A stretch of 42,615 bases of DNA. Source: Candidatus Muiribacteriota bacterium. GTDB taxonomy: Bacteria; Muiribacteriota; Muiribacteriia; Muiribacteriales; Muiribacteriaceae. Made by a program: the position numbers and the translations under genes. Positions 1 through 8,363 of the stretch are shown here, in pieces (the first letter of the stretch is position 1; the number at the start of each line of letters is the position of its first letter). Under the pieces are notes generated by a model. It ran no database searches. It had not been told where the DNA came from and saw nothing but the letters and a program-made list of their open reading frames with translations. Location: the NCBI GenBank assembly GCA_051747805.1, contig JBNJGP010000009.1:2153-44767 (forward strand), in the 5' to 3' direction.

Positions 1-71
1 TGTGATGATGGTGGATGCGATTTACCAATACCACCTGATGATGATTGTGATGATGGTGGATGCGATTTACC
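1..71 (+). repeat. Tandem repeat with 45-nt period; identical 26-nt core tgtgatgatggtggatgcgatttacc at 1-26 and 46-71
   Basis: Read directly from the sequence. Confidence 0.95.
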
Positions 72-78
72 TTTTTAG
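1..78 (+). CDS. 3' end of a truncated gene; C-terminal tandem repeat ...CDDGGCDLPIPPDDDCDDGGCDLPF*
   Basis: Frame 1 is open from base 1 to TAG at 76-78 and has an in-frame 45-nt repeat period. A + strand terminator follows. Not in the ORF track. Confidence 0.7.
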   Translation, partial: CDDGGCDLPIPPDDDCDDGGCDLPF

Positions 79-130
79 TTTTATGAATTAAAAATAAATT
101 CAAGCTTGAGTTTAGCAAAAAATAAAAATG

Positions 131-160
131 AGGGTCCGTTTGTTGACGGACCTTTTTTTT
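131..160 (+). terminator. Rho-independent terminator
   Basis: Stem ggtccgt/acggacc followed by an 8-T run, downstream of the stop at 78. Confidence 0.85.
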
Positions 161-161
161 A

Positions 162-176
162 TGTTAAAATTTTTAA
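162..176 (+). promoter_or_regulatory. Extended -10 promoter (TGtTAAAAT), likely leaderless transcript
   Basis: TG-n-TAAAAT at 162-170, then 6 nt, then ATG 177; no Shine-Dalgarno. Confidence 0.6.
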
Positions 177-839
177 ATGGACGGAATTTTAAATCAGGAT
201 TACTCAAATAAAAGGAAAAAAAAGCTTTCATGGAAATATCGACTTATTAGGAGAGCTTATGAATCAAGTCTTGAAATAAAAAAAAATACTTCTACAACTA
301 CAATAAGGCTGTTGGATGCTGGTTGTGCAGATGGTAGTATGCTGAATTATTTTTATAAATTTCTGCCGGCATACAGAATTATTTATACAGGTATTGAGTA
401 CAGTTTAAATCAGATTCCTTTAAACTCCAAACATGATTTTATATGCGGTGATATTAATTATATGCCCTTTAAAAAAACACCAACTTTTGATGTTATTGTA
501 ATGACCGCAGTCCTTGAGCATATTCAGAATCCTGAAAAAGTACTTTTAACATTAAAAAAGTTATTAAGAGCAGGAGGCATTATTATTGTTACAATGCCGG
601 ACCCTAAATTTGAAAAGATTGCCTCTTTTTTAAAAAATATAGAAGAAAGCCACTTTCATAATCCTTTGAACTTGAAAAAACTGAAAAAAATATGTGCCGG
701 GGTTAATTTAAAAATTATTAACAGCAGAAAGTTTATGATTACGCCTTTTGGATTTATATTTGAGAAAAAGCTTGAAAAATTTCTTCCAGATATGGTAAAA
801 ATGAATCAGATTTTTGTGCTTTCAAAAAAGGGGTTATAA
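177..839 (+). CDS. Class I SAM-dependent methyltransferase
   Basis: LLDAGCADG motif I; FDVIVMTAVLEHI; LLRAGGIIIVTMP. Confidence 0.9.
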   Translation: MDGILNQDYSNKRKKKLSWKYRLIRRAYESSLEIKKNTSTTTIRLLDAGCADGSMLNYFYKFLPAYRIIYTGIEYSLNQIPLNSKHDFICGDINYMPFKKTPTFDVIVMTAVLEHIQNPEKVLLTLKKLLRAGGIIIVTMPDPKFEKIASFLKNIEESHFHNPLNLKKLKKICAGVNLKIINSRKFMITPFGFIFEKKLEKFLPDMVKMNQIFVLSKKGL

Positions 840-1528
840 TGCTTAGTGTTTATAAAGGAGAAAAAGAATCAGTAAATGCCAGGGGAAATGTTGTTGTTGT
901 TGATATTATTTGTGCAACAACTGTAATTTGTTATTTTATGGCAAAAGGGGCAGAAAAAGTAATTCCTGTTGAAAATATGGAAGAGGCACTTTTTTTTAAA
1001 AAAAAGTTCCCGCACTTTTTACTTGCAGGGGATTTTGCCGGTGAATACAGCAGCAATTTTAATGTTGATATTTTTAATAAAGAAAGTTTTGATTCCTTTC
1101 TGGAAAATATCCAGGGAAAAACTGTAATTTATATAAGTGCCAACGGCACAAAGAGGATTATTGAAAGCAAAAAAGCAAAAAAGCATATTATAGCCAGTTT
1201 TATTAATTTCCAGGCGGTTGCAGATTATGTTTTGGAAAACGTAACAGATTTTACCATATTACTTGCAATGAGCAGAAAGTTTGCCTCTGAGGAAGATTTA
1301 GTTTTTGCCGAGGCCTTAAATGAATATTTAACTCAAAAAAAAGTTGATTTTAATAAAAAATTTTTAAAGGTTACTAACTCAGAAGTTGTAGTAAAGGGAC
1401 AGTTGATATTTGGTGCACCTTATCTTATTGAACTGGCGGTACAAAAAAATTTAACAAATATAATACCAGTTTCATATTACGATAATAATATTGAAAATCT
1501 GGCATTAAAACCTTTATCTGAAGTTTAA
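839..1528 (+). CDS. 2-phosphosulfolactate phosphatase (ComB)-family protein, divergent
   Basis: VVVVDIICATT (cf. VIDVLRATT), SANGT (cf. TTNGT), ASFINFQAVA, EED; overlaps the upstream stop codon. Confidence 0.7.
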   Translation: MLSVYKGEKESVNARGNVVVVDIICATTVICYFMAKGAEKVIPVENMEEALFFKKKFPHFLLAGDFAGEYSSNFNVDIFNKESFDSFLENIQGKTVIYISANGTKRIIESKKAKKHIIASFINFQAVADYVLENVTDFTILLAMSRKFASEEDLVFAEALNEYLTQKKVDFNKKFLKVTNSEVVVKGQLIFGAPYLIELAVQKNLTNIIPVSYYDNNIENLALKPLSEV

Positions 1529-1783
1529 AACTCTGTTAACAATAGCGATGAAATTTTTTTTAATTTCTTCTTTATCCACAGTACTGTTTTTAAACGAGCT
1601 AGTTTGAAGTTTAATTTTCTTTCTAGTTTCATCGCTTAAGTTTGATTCCATCTTGTTTTTTAAAGTTGAGTTATCACAGAATTGAAGTATTGCAGCAATT
1701 TTTTCAGGTTCAATAAAGGCTAGAACAGATTTTATGGACTCATTATCCAGTTCAGCTATTTCATCGATTTTTGAAATCATCAC
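1514..1783 (-). CDS. Stand-alone FliG C-terminal-domain-like protein
   Basis: LDNESIKSVL...EKIAAIL...LKNKMESNLS...FIAIVNRV follows the FliG_C pattern; GGGGG SD upstream. Confidence 0.55.
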   Translation of the reverse strand: MMISKIDEIAELDNESIKSVLAFIEPEKIAAILQFCDNSTLKNKMESNLSDETRKKIKLQTSSFKNSTVDKEEIKKNFIAIVNRVLNFR

Positions 1784-1877
1784 AGTCCCCCAAATATTAA
1801 TTTTAACCTGCTCTGTTAAATATTTATTATTCAGCAGAGAAAGTATTTTAATTATATTGTACTATTAAAATTTGGTT

Positions 1878-1946
1878 AAATCAAATGTTTTCTTAGCGAG
1901 AAATAAGGAGCCGATGAGAGCCAGAGATTAAAATTCATTTAGAATT
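1878..1946 (+). repeat. Dispersed repeat copy A (10-mer GCCGATRRGA family)
   Basis: aaatcaaa..ttttcttagcgaga...agccgatgagagc...ttcatttagaatt is shared with 28663-28768. Confidence 0.75.
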
Positions 1947-1956
1947 GTTGAATATT

Positions 1957-1985
1957 TTGCGAATTTAATAAAAATATCTTATAAT
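1957..1985 (+). promoter_or_regulatory. Sigma70-type promoter
   Basis: TTGCGA (1957-1962)-N17-TATAAT (1980-1985); ATG 8 nt later with no SD. Confidence 0.7.
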
Positions 1986-1993
1986 ATATTAAT

Positions 1994-2485
1994 ATGAATT
2001 TATTTAATAGTTTTTTTAAAATAAAAATTAAGGCCGGCATTACTCTTGTAGAACTTATAATTTCGGTTAGCATTGTTTTTTTAATACTGGGGCAGGTTTA
2101 TTTTATATATAATAATTTACAGAAAGAACAGCTTGAAAAAGTTAAGTTTTCGGATATCACTAAAACTTTTCAGCTTTTAGAACACTATTTAAGACAGGAT
2201 CTGAAAATATATACTTCAGGTTTTAAGTTTAATAATGAGCAGTATCAATTTTATAGACTTAAACACGGAAAACAAATAGACAGGCCCGAAGAAGCCTTTA
2301 TTATTTATGAAAAAAAGAATAATGAAGTTGTCAGAAAAGTAAACGGTAAAGTTAAAAATAGATATAAAAATATTGATGATATATCAATTGAATTTGATAA
2401 TAATATTTTCAAATGTAGAGTTTATTCCGGAGAAGAGTCCATGGAAGTTTTAATTTTTTCAAGACCACTGGAAACAATTTATTAA
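1994..2485 (+). CDS. Prepilin-type N-terminal cleavage/methylation domain protein (pseudopilin-like)
   Basis: KAG|ITLVELIIS class III signal with Glu at +5 and a hydrophobic helix. Confidence 0.8.
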   Translation: MNLFNSFFKIKIKAGITLVELIISVSIVFLILGQVYFIYNNLQKEQLEKVKFSDITKTFQLLEHYLRQDLKIYTSGFKFNNEQYQFYRLKHGKQIDRPEEAFIIYEKKNNEVVRKVNGKVKNRYKNIDDISIEFDNNIFKCRVYSGEESMEVLIFSRPLETIY

Positions 2486-2503
2486 ATCTTATGGTATTAG
2501 TCT

Positions 2504-3070
2504 ATGAACATTAAAGAAAACGAAGCCGAAATTGTAAAAAAAATACTTGAAGGTGATTCTTCGCAGTTTGAAAAAATAATGGACATATACAGTAAAAGAC
2601 TTTACAGTTTTTTATATAGAATGTGTTTAAACGAAGCGCTGGCAGAAGATATTCTTCAGCAGGCATTTATTAAAGCCTACAGATACCTGAATAAATGGGA
2701 TAATAGCAGGGGATTAAAAAACTGGCTTTATATGATTGCAAGAAACTGCTTTTATGATTACGTAAAAAAAGAAAAAAAGATTAATTTTGTCTCAATGCAT
2801 GACCTTGAATTTTTTCTCTCGGCTGATGAAACAGGTCCCGAAAAAGAGGCGATGAACAGGGAAGAAGTCCGGGAAGTTGTAAAGAAAATATATACTTTAA
2901 AGCCTAAATATGCTGAAATATTAATTTTAAGATATATTGAAGATTTAAGTTATGAAGAAATAAGCCAGATACTGCAGTTGCCCCTTGGTACTGTAAAAAT
3001 TAGAATTCACAGGGCACGCGAAAAGTTAATTCAGGCCATCCCTGAAAAAAGGGGGGAGAAATATGATTAG
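2504..3070 (+). CDS. ECF RNA polymerase sigma factor (SigW/RpoE-like)
   Basis: AEDILQQAFIKAY, WLYMIARN, LSYEEIS..L.LPLGTVKIRIHRAR. Confidence 0.93.
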   Translation: MNIKENEAEIVKKILEGDSSQFEKIMDIYSKRLYSFLYRMCLNEALAEDILQQAFIKAYRYLNKWDNSRGLKNWLYMIARNCFYDYVKKEKKINFVSMHDLEFFLSADETGPEKEAMNREEVREVVKKIYTLKPKYAEILILRYIEDLSYEEISQILQLPLGTVKIRIHRAREKLIQAIPEKRGEKYD

Positions 3071-3992
3071 TTGTAAAGAAGTTAAAAAAAAGCTGAAAAA
3101 AAATAATATTGATGAAAACGTAAAAAAACATATTGAAGTTTGCACAGAATGCAGAATATATCAGGATAGTTTAGTTGATGATAAGCTTAAAAAGGTTGGA
3201 AGTTACATAAGAACAAAAACTTTCAGGGAACCTCAGGAAAAAACAATTAATTATGTAATGAAAAATATTTCTCCCGTAAAAAATTATTCATTTCATGATT
3301 TATTTAATCCTTTATTAATTAAAAGGGCTTTTCAGGGTGCTTTTGTGCTGATTGTTATTATTCTTTTTTTTACCTGGCATTCTCCTTCAGAAAGTGTTTA
3401 TGTACAAAAAAAACAAACAGATGATTCAATTTTATACAGAGCAGTTGTTTTAAGTGGAGAACCTGAAATTCTAATAAATAATAATCGTGTTGATAACGAT
3501 AATTTTTTTGAGGAAAGTAAGATAAAAGTTAAAACAGATAATCACTCCAGAGTTGAAATTATCTCTCAGAATGGCTCAAGTGTAGAAGTTTTCCCCAACT
3601 CTGAGCTTGCTTTTGATAATAATAAGATAAATCATTACAGCGGGCGGGCCGAATATAATATTTTTTCTGGAGGGCCCTCTTTTGTTAAAGCCGCTGATTT
3701 TCTTGACGTTCATATTGTTGGAACTGAATTTTATATTCAACTGGACGGGGATAGAGGTTTTCTTGAATTAAAAAGTGGTATTTTAAATATTGAAACTTCA
3801 TTTGCCCGGGATTATCTATCAAGAGGTCAGAAGGTTGAATTTTCAAAGAAGGATAATTTATTGAAAAAAATTGATGGTTTTATAGAAACTGAGCAGTTTG
3901 AACCTTTTAAGAAAGAATATTATCATAAAAACCCTTTAGATAGTCTAAACAGTCTTGAATTAATTGAGTTTTTTGAAGGGGAAGAGCTTTAA
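3063..3992 (+). CDS. Anti-sigma factor: zinc-finger (ZAS) + TM + FecR-like domain
   Basis: Cys4 and HIEVCTEC (HxxxCxxC), one TM helix, then VKTD..SRVEI..NGSSVEVFPNSEL and IVGTEF as in FecR; overlaps the sigma gene. Confidence 0.8.
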   Translation: MISCKEVKKKLKKNNIDENVKKHIEVCTECRIYQDSLVDDKLKKVGSYIRTKTFREPQEKTINYVMKNISPVKNYSFHDLFNPLLIKRAFQGAFVLIVIILFFTWHSPSESVYVQKKQTDDSILYRAVVLSGEPEILINNNRVDNDNFFEESKIKVKTDNHSRVEIISQNGSSVEVFPNSELAFDNNKINHYSGRAEYNIFSGGPSFVKAADFLDVHIVGTEFYIQLDGDRGFLELKSGILNIETSFARDYLSRGQKVEFSKKDNLLKKIDGFIETEQFEPFKKEYYHKNPLDSLNSLELIEFFEGEEL

Positions 3993-4059
3993 AAAAATTT
4001 CAATTTCGTTTATGTCCCTTTTGTCTTTTTTATGAAAAAAAAACAATTCAATTAATGGT

Positions 4060-4087
4060 TTGATTTTTTAAAAAAAAATGATATAAT
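4060..4087 (+). promoter_or_regulatory. Sigma70-type promoter with extended -10
   Basis: TTGATT 4060-4065; TGaTATAAT 4079-4087; GGGGA SD before ATG 4122. Confidence 0.6.
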
Positions 4088-4121
4088 AAAAATAACATTA
4101 CAAAGAATGCGGGGACAAAAA

Positions 4122-4673
4122 ATGAATAAATCCTTCTTTACTATTGATGAACTCAGTGCTTATCTGAGAATAAGCCGTGACTGTGCCTACAAACTCGCTC
4201 AACAGGGAAAAATACCAGCTTCGAAAATCGGTCGAAAATGGAGATTTGAAAAAGAAATAATTGATAAGTGGATTGAAAATCAGCAGAACGTCAATAAACT
4301 TAATCAGAAAAAGAAAATCCTTATAGTAGATGATAATGAAGATATAAGGGTTTTAATCAAAGAGCTTCTTCAGGATGATTACATTATTTTTGAGGCTTCA
4401 GAAGGTCTAGAGGGCCTAAGAGTTATTGGAAGCCAGAAGCCTGATTTAATTATTATGGATATCAGTATGGAGCATATGGACGGGTACCAACTCTGTGAAT
4501 ATTGTAAAAACAGTTCTGAATTAAGACATCTTCCAATAATTTTAATTACTGGACAGGACGTTTCAGAAATTGATAAAAAGTTTAAAAAGGTCGGTGCTGC
4601 AGATTTTTTAACTAAACCTTTTGATAATAATATTTTGTTATTTAAGGTTAAAAGGCTTATTGGAAAAATTTAA
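4122..4673 (+). CDS. Excisionase-type HTH + response regulator receiver fusion (start likely 4122 rather than 4107)
   Basis: FTIDELSAYLRIS...IPASKIGRKWRF, then ILIVDD, DLIIMDISM..MDG, IILITG, FLTKPF. Confidence 0.88.
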   Translation: MNKSFFTIDELSAYLRISRDCAYKLAQQGKIPASKIGRKWRFEKEIIDKWIENQQNVNKLNQKKKILIVDDNEDIRVLIKELLQDDYIIFEASEGLEGLRVIGSQKPDLIIMDISMEHMDGYQLCEYCKNSSELRHLPIILITGQDVSEIDKKFKKVGAADFLTKPFDNNILLFKVKRLIGKI

Positions 4674-4676
4674 TAT

Positions 4677-5387
4677 ATGAATGACTTTATTATTGTTAAA
4701 GATATGGATAAAATACCTGAACTTGATTTATCCTGTAAAATAGAAAATATTGATAATTTTAGTATTGATGACAAAACAGATAAGAAAGTGATTTTTTTAC
4801 TTCAAAATATTGAAAATATTCAAAAATTCAAGCCTGTTAGAATTATTAACCGGTACCCATTTGTTTTTACCGGTATCAAACAATTAAAACCGGGTCTCAT
4901 GCCGGATTTTAAACTTAATGATATAAGCGCAGATTTTTTTAATAGTATTCAAAACTATTTTACAAATCGCGAGAAAATTATTTATGAACTGAATGTAAAA
5001 ATATTTAAATCCCCATTTTTTATTAGACAATGCCTGGATAAAATAATAAAATATTTATCAGGTATTATTTCTGAAAGTGAGCTTATATACTATAAACTTG
5101 TTCTTGATGAGGCTCTTTTAAATGCTTACAGACATGGAAACAAATTTGATAATAAAAAAGTAATAAAAGTCAGAATTCATTATTATGGGTATAAAATAGA
5201 ACTTAAGGTTGAGGATGAAGGTCAAGGTTTTAATGTAAGTTCTATAAAAACTATTAATGAGCTTGATGTTTTCAGTGCGACAGGTCGGGGCTTGCATTTA
5301 ATAAAAGAAATAATGGATGAAGTTGATTTTAGATATCGTGGAAATATTATAAATATGGTAAAATATTTAAAAGCAGGGAGAGTTTAA
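4677..5387 (+). CDS. RsbW-like ATP-binding protein (HATPase_c Ser/Thr kinase / anti-sigma) with N-terminal extension
   Basis: LDEALLNAYRHGN, VEDEGQGF, TGRGLHLIKEIMDEV. Confidence 0.82.
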   Translation: MNDFIIVKDMDKIPELDLSCKIENIDNFSIDDKTDKKVIFLLQNIENIQKFKPVRIINRYPFVFTGIKQLKPGLMPDFKLNDISADFFNSIQNYFTNREKIIYELNVKIFKSPFFIRQCLDKIIKYLSGIISESELIYYKLVLDEALLNAYRHGNKFDNKKVIKVRIHYYGYKIELKVEDEGQGFNVSSIKTINELDVFSATGRGLHLIKEIMDEVDFRYRGNIINMVKYLKAGRV

Positions 5388-5845
5388 TGAAAAAGAAAAG
5401 TCCTATTACTCATTTTCGATTAGGTCAGATGTATATGATAAAAAAAGATTACTTTCGCGCAAGACAGGAATTTAAAATAACAGTAAAGCTTGCGCCTGAT
5501 ATGACTGAGGCTTATAAAAAGCTTGGTGAATCATGTATGGTTCTAGGTGATTTTAACGAGGCAGAAACTTATTATGAAAAAGCTTATAAATCCGATTCTG
5601 AGGATAATGAACTTGCAATGAGCCTTGCAATATGTTATGATAATAATGATAAAGTTGAGGAAGCAATTGAGGTTTTAAAGAAAATCAGGGAAAACAAAAA
5701 AGATTATCCAATGGTAAATTATAACCTTGCATATGGTTATAAAACACTGGATAATATAGAAGAGGCCAGAAAGTATTTAGAAGAAGAACTTAAATTCTTT
5801 CCAGACAATGAAATGGCCCTTGAGCTAAAAAAAGAAATAAGCTGA
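5387..5845 (+). CDS. Tetratricopeptide repeat protein
   Basis: About four TPR motifs (HFRLG.., AYKKLG.., NYNLAY..). Confidence 0.85.
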   Translation: MKKKSPITHFRLGQMYMIKKDYFRARQEFKITVKLAPDMTEAYKKLGESCMVLGDFNEAETYYEKAYKSDSEDNELAMSLAICYDNNDKVEEAIEVLKKIRENKKDYPMVNYNLAYGYKTLDNIEEARKYLEEELKFFPDNEMALELKKEIS

Positions 5846-5895
5846 TTTAATTATGGGAGTATAATAAAACCAATACTAAGGAAGGTTGATTATTT

Positions 5896-6408
5896 ATGAT
5901 GGGTATGAAAAATCATTGCAGATTTAACAAGGAAGAAATGGTTATTCATCCAATTCACGGAGTTTCAATTATTAAGGACATTATTGAAAAAAAGGTTTTT
6001 GGAAGAAAAGAAAAATATTATGTTATCCAGCCTAAAATGGATAAGTTGCAGGAAATTTTAATACCTATTAGAAATTCCTCTGAAATCGGCCTCAGAAAGC
6101 TTTCACAGAATACAGAGTTTAAAAAAATAATGCAGATTTTGTCCCAGACCCATGACCTTGAAGTTGAGGGCGGATACTGGAATAGACAGTATGCTAAAAG
6201 GCTTGAGATGGTACAATCGGGTAATATTTATCAGGTTTCTCAGGTTTTAAAAATGCTTTATGATAGAAGATGCGAAAAAATGTTGTCCTATACAGATGAA
6301 GAGCTTTATACCAAAGCTTATAAACTTATTTTAAGCGAGTTATCACATTCGACAACTATAGATGAAGAAGAAATTGAAATTATGATTAATTTTACCTTGG
6401 GCGCATAA
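5896..6408 (+). CDS. carD: CarD family transcriptional regulator
   Basis: VIHPIHGVSII, ILIP...IGLR, WNRQY, SGNIYQVSQV. Confidence 0.85.
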   Translation: MMGMKNHCRFNKEEMVIHPIHGVSIIKDIIEKKVFGRKEKYYVIQPKMDKLQEILIPIRNSSEIGLRKLSQNTEFKKIMQILSQTHDLEVEGGYWNRQYAKRLEMVQSGNIYQVSQVLKMLYDRRCEKMLSYTDEELYTKAYKLILSELSHSTTIDEEEIEIMINFTLGA

Positions 6409-6412
6409 TTAT

Positions 6413-7069
6413 ATGTTTCAAATGCTTTTAAACCCCACAAAGTTTTTAAGAAAACATTTTTATAATTTCTTTTATCGCATGTTTTCTTCTTTTGAATCCC
6501 GCGAAAAAATGTCGCGTTTTTGTGCGGATAATTTAGAAACTCTTTTAATTGCATTTTTACTTGCCATGTTTATCAGAAGTTATATTATTGCAACTTTTTT
6601 AATACCAACGGGCTCTATGGAAAATACTCTTAATGTCGGGGATAGACTAATAGGCACCCGTTTTGACTTTTTGTTTAGAGAACCTAAAATAGGCGAAATG
6701 GTTATATTTGTTTATCCAGTTGATCCCAGAATCAGGTTAATTAAAAGATTGATTGCCAAAGGTGGGGATAAAGTTGAAATAAGAGATGGAACTCTTTATT
6801 TAAACGATGAACCTGTTGAGGAACCTTATTTGAAAGAGAGAATGAGAGGGCGTTTTGGCCCTGTAACTGTACCTGAAAACCATTATTTTTTCATGGGTGA
6901 TAATAGAAATAATAGTAAGGATTCAAGAAGCTGGAATATTGAAATTCATGAAATGGTTCCTGGATACTGGGAAGATGAAGACAAAGTAGGATTTTTACAT
7001 GAGGATTATATTGAATCCCGTGCAATATTGAGGTTCTGGCCATTAAATAGATTTGGAGTTGTGCAGTAA
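6413..7069 (+). CDS. lepB: Signal peptidase I
   Basis: IPTGSMENTL, LIKRLIA, FMGDNRNNSKDSR, RFWP. Confidence 0.95.
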   Translation: MFQMLLNPTKFLRKHFYNFFYRMFSSFESREKMSRFCADNLETLLIAFLLAMFIRSYIIATFLIPTGSMENTLNVGDRLIGTRFDFLFREPKIGEMVIFVYPVDPRIRLIKRLIAKGGDKVEIRDGTLYLNDEPVEEPYLKERMRGRFGPVTVPENHYFFMGDNRNNSKDSRSWNIEIHEMVPGYWEDEDKVGFLHEDYIESRAILRFWPLNRFGVVQ

Positions 7070-7863
7070 TGAGTTTAAAAGACAAAAAAAAAGTTCCGGC
7101 AACCTGGCCCAAGGAAGTACAATGTCCTGTCTGTACAAAAAATTTCAATGTTGAAATGATTAGAACCAGCCGGGTAAGAGTGATTGAAAATTATGATGAT
7201 TTAGGCAGAAAATATTCAAAAGATATTAATCCACTATTATATTCAACCTGGACTTGTCCTAAATGTCTTTATTCAGGAAACAAAGAGAAGGAATACTTTA
7301 AAATTATCCCAGAACTTAAAGTTCGAGTTTTAAAACATCATCCCTTTTTTAAAAAAATTGCAGGAAACACTGATTTTACAGCATCAAGAACGGCAGAGTC
7401 AGCAATTAAAAGTCTTCTTTTAAGTACATTATGTTATAAAATCAGAAAATTGAGCCGTGGGTTTTCTGCCTCCTGTTTTATGCGCATAGCGTGGATAATA
7501 AGAAATGAGGAAAAACCCTTTTCTGAGGAAAAGCCGTTTCTGCAGAAAGCAGTAAGGGATTATGTTCATGCTCTTAAAAAAGAATATTCACCAAATTTCG
7601 GTAAACTTTCTGAATATGGTATTTTTTATCTTATAGGATTGCTTTACTATAAACTTGGTGATATTGAGCAGGCCCGTGAATATATTTCACAGGTTATACT
7701 TCATAAAAAAAAGATTGAACCCCTGATAGTTAAGAAAGCGCAACTTCTTTTTGATGATATAAAAGATTATAAAGAGCTGAATCTTGAAGTCGAAGAAATA
7801 GGAGAAACGGACGAAGTTGCAAAGGATTCATGGATAAATGAGCTGGATTTAACGCTCGAATAA
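7069..7863 (+). CDS. DUF2225-family protein (two CxxC + TPR-like C-terminus)
   Basis: CPVC...NPLLY..WTCPKCLYS, RIAWIIR, YLIGLLYYKLG. Confidence 0.8.
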   Translation: MSLKDKKKVPATWPKEVQCPVCTKNFNVEMIRTSRVRVIENYDDLGRKYSKDINPLLYSTWTCPKCLYSGNKEKEYFKIIPELKVRVLKHHPFFKKIAGNTDFTASRTAESAIKSLLLSTLCYKIRKLSRGFSASCFMRIAWIIRNEEKPFSEEKPFLQKAVRDYVHALKKEYSPNFGKLSEYGIFYLIGLLYYKLGDIEQAREYISQVILHKKKIEPLIVKKAQLLFDDIKDYKELNLEVEEIGETDEVAKDSWINELDLTLE

Positions 7864-8328
7864 ATTTAATAATTCCTTAATTTCACCTGATTTCATAAAA
7901 CCCATGAATTTTTCATTTTCGTATAATTTTTCATAATCACCGCTCATAATAATACCCATAATTTCAGGATCATTAAGTATCTGTTCAACAGCCTCATTTG
8001 ACATCAGACCTTCGAGGTCTTCCATGCTTAAATCAGACATTATTTGAGACTGCAAACCGGAAATATCAGGAATAGATTGTTTCTTTTTAGAATTAGATTG
8101 TTTTTTACCTTTAATACTTTCTAATTTTGAAATTAAATCATCGGTTATGCTTATATTGCCTAGAATAGAAGAATAAAAAAGGTAAGTTTCTTCTTTAAAT
8201 TCAATCAGTCTAACATTAATAACAGAACCATCAACAAGATGTACCCTGTGGGTAGGATTTGAATCAGCTTTTAAAATTGAAACTAAAACAAAAAACAAAA
8301 AAAAGAAAACAAAAATTTTTTTAATCAT
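7849..8328 (-). CDS. Exported hypothetical protein
   Basis: MIKK + hydrophobic stretch + LKA signal peptide; helical Met-rich C-terminus with ILNDPEIM; has its own promoter. Confidence 0.75.
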   Translation of the reverse strand: MIKKIFVFFFLFFVLVSILKADSNPTHRVHLVDGSVINVRLIEFKEETYLFYSSILGNISITDDLISKLESIKGKKQSNSKKKQSIPDISGLQSQIMSDLSMEDLEGLMSNEAVEQILNDPEIMGIIMSGDYEKLYENEKFMGFMKSGEIKELLNLFER

Positions 8329-8363
8329 ATTTTTATTATAACATAATAAAAATATTTAGACAA
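8329..8363 (-). promoter_or_regulatory. Sigma70 promoter, likely leaderless transcript
   Basis: Minus strand: TTGTCT (8363-8358)-N17-TATAAT (8340-8335, TG extension)-N6-ATG 8328. Confidence 0.75.

Noticed and set aside
1..90. Alternative readings of the start repeat (Met/Val-rich frame 2; His-rich minus strand)
   Set aside because: Terminator orientation favours the + strand, and frame 1 has A/T-ending codons typical of this genome; not fully excluded
4009..4121. TGTCCC/TGTCTT/GGGACA motifs as an autoregulatory operator of the HTH-REC gene
   Set aside because: Only 6-bp matches, and one coincides with the SD; too weak to call
4122..4300. Prophage or ICE excisionase
   Set aside because: The HTH is fused to a receiver domain, and no integrase or phage genes are nearby
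6398..6425. dif/Xer site (tgggcgcataa resembles the XerC arm); also ttatgttaaa at 159 and 24109 resembles the XerD arm
   Set aside because: No locus has both arms with a 6-bp spacer; the XerD-like matches are better explained as extended -10 boxes
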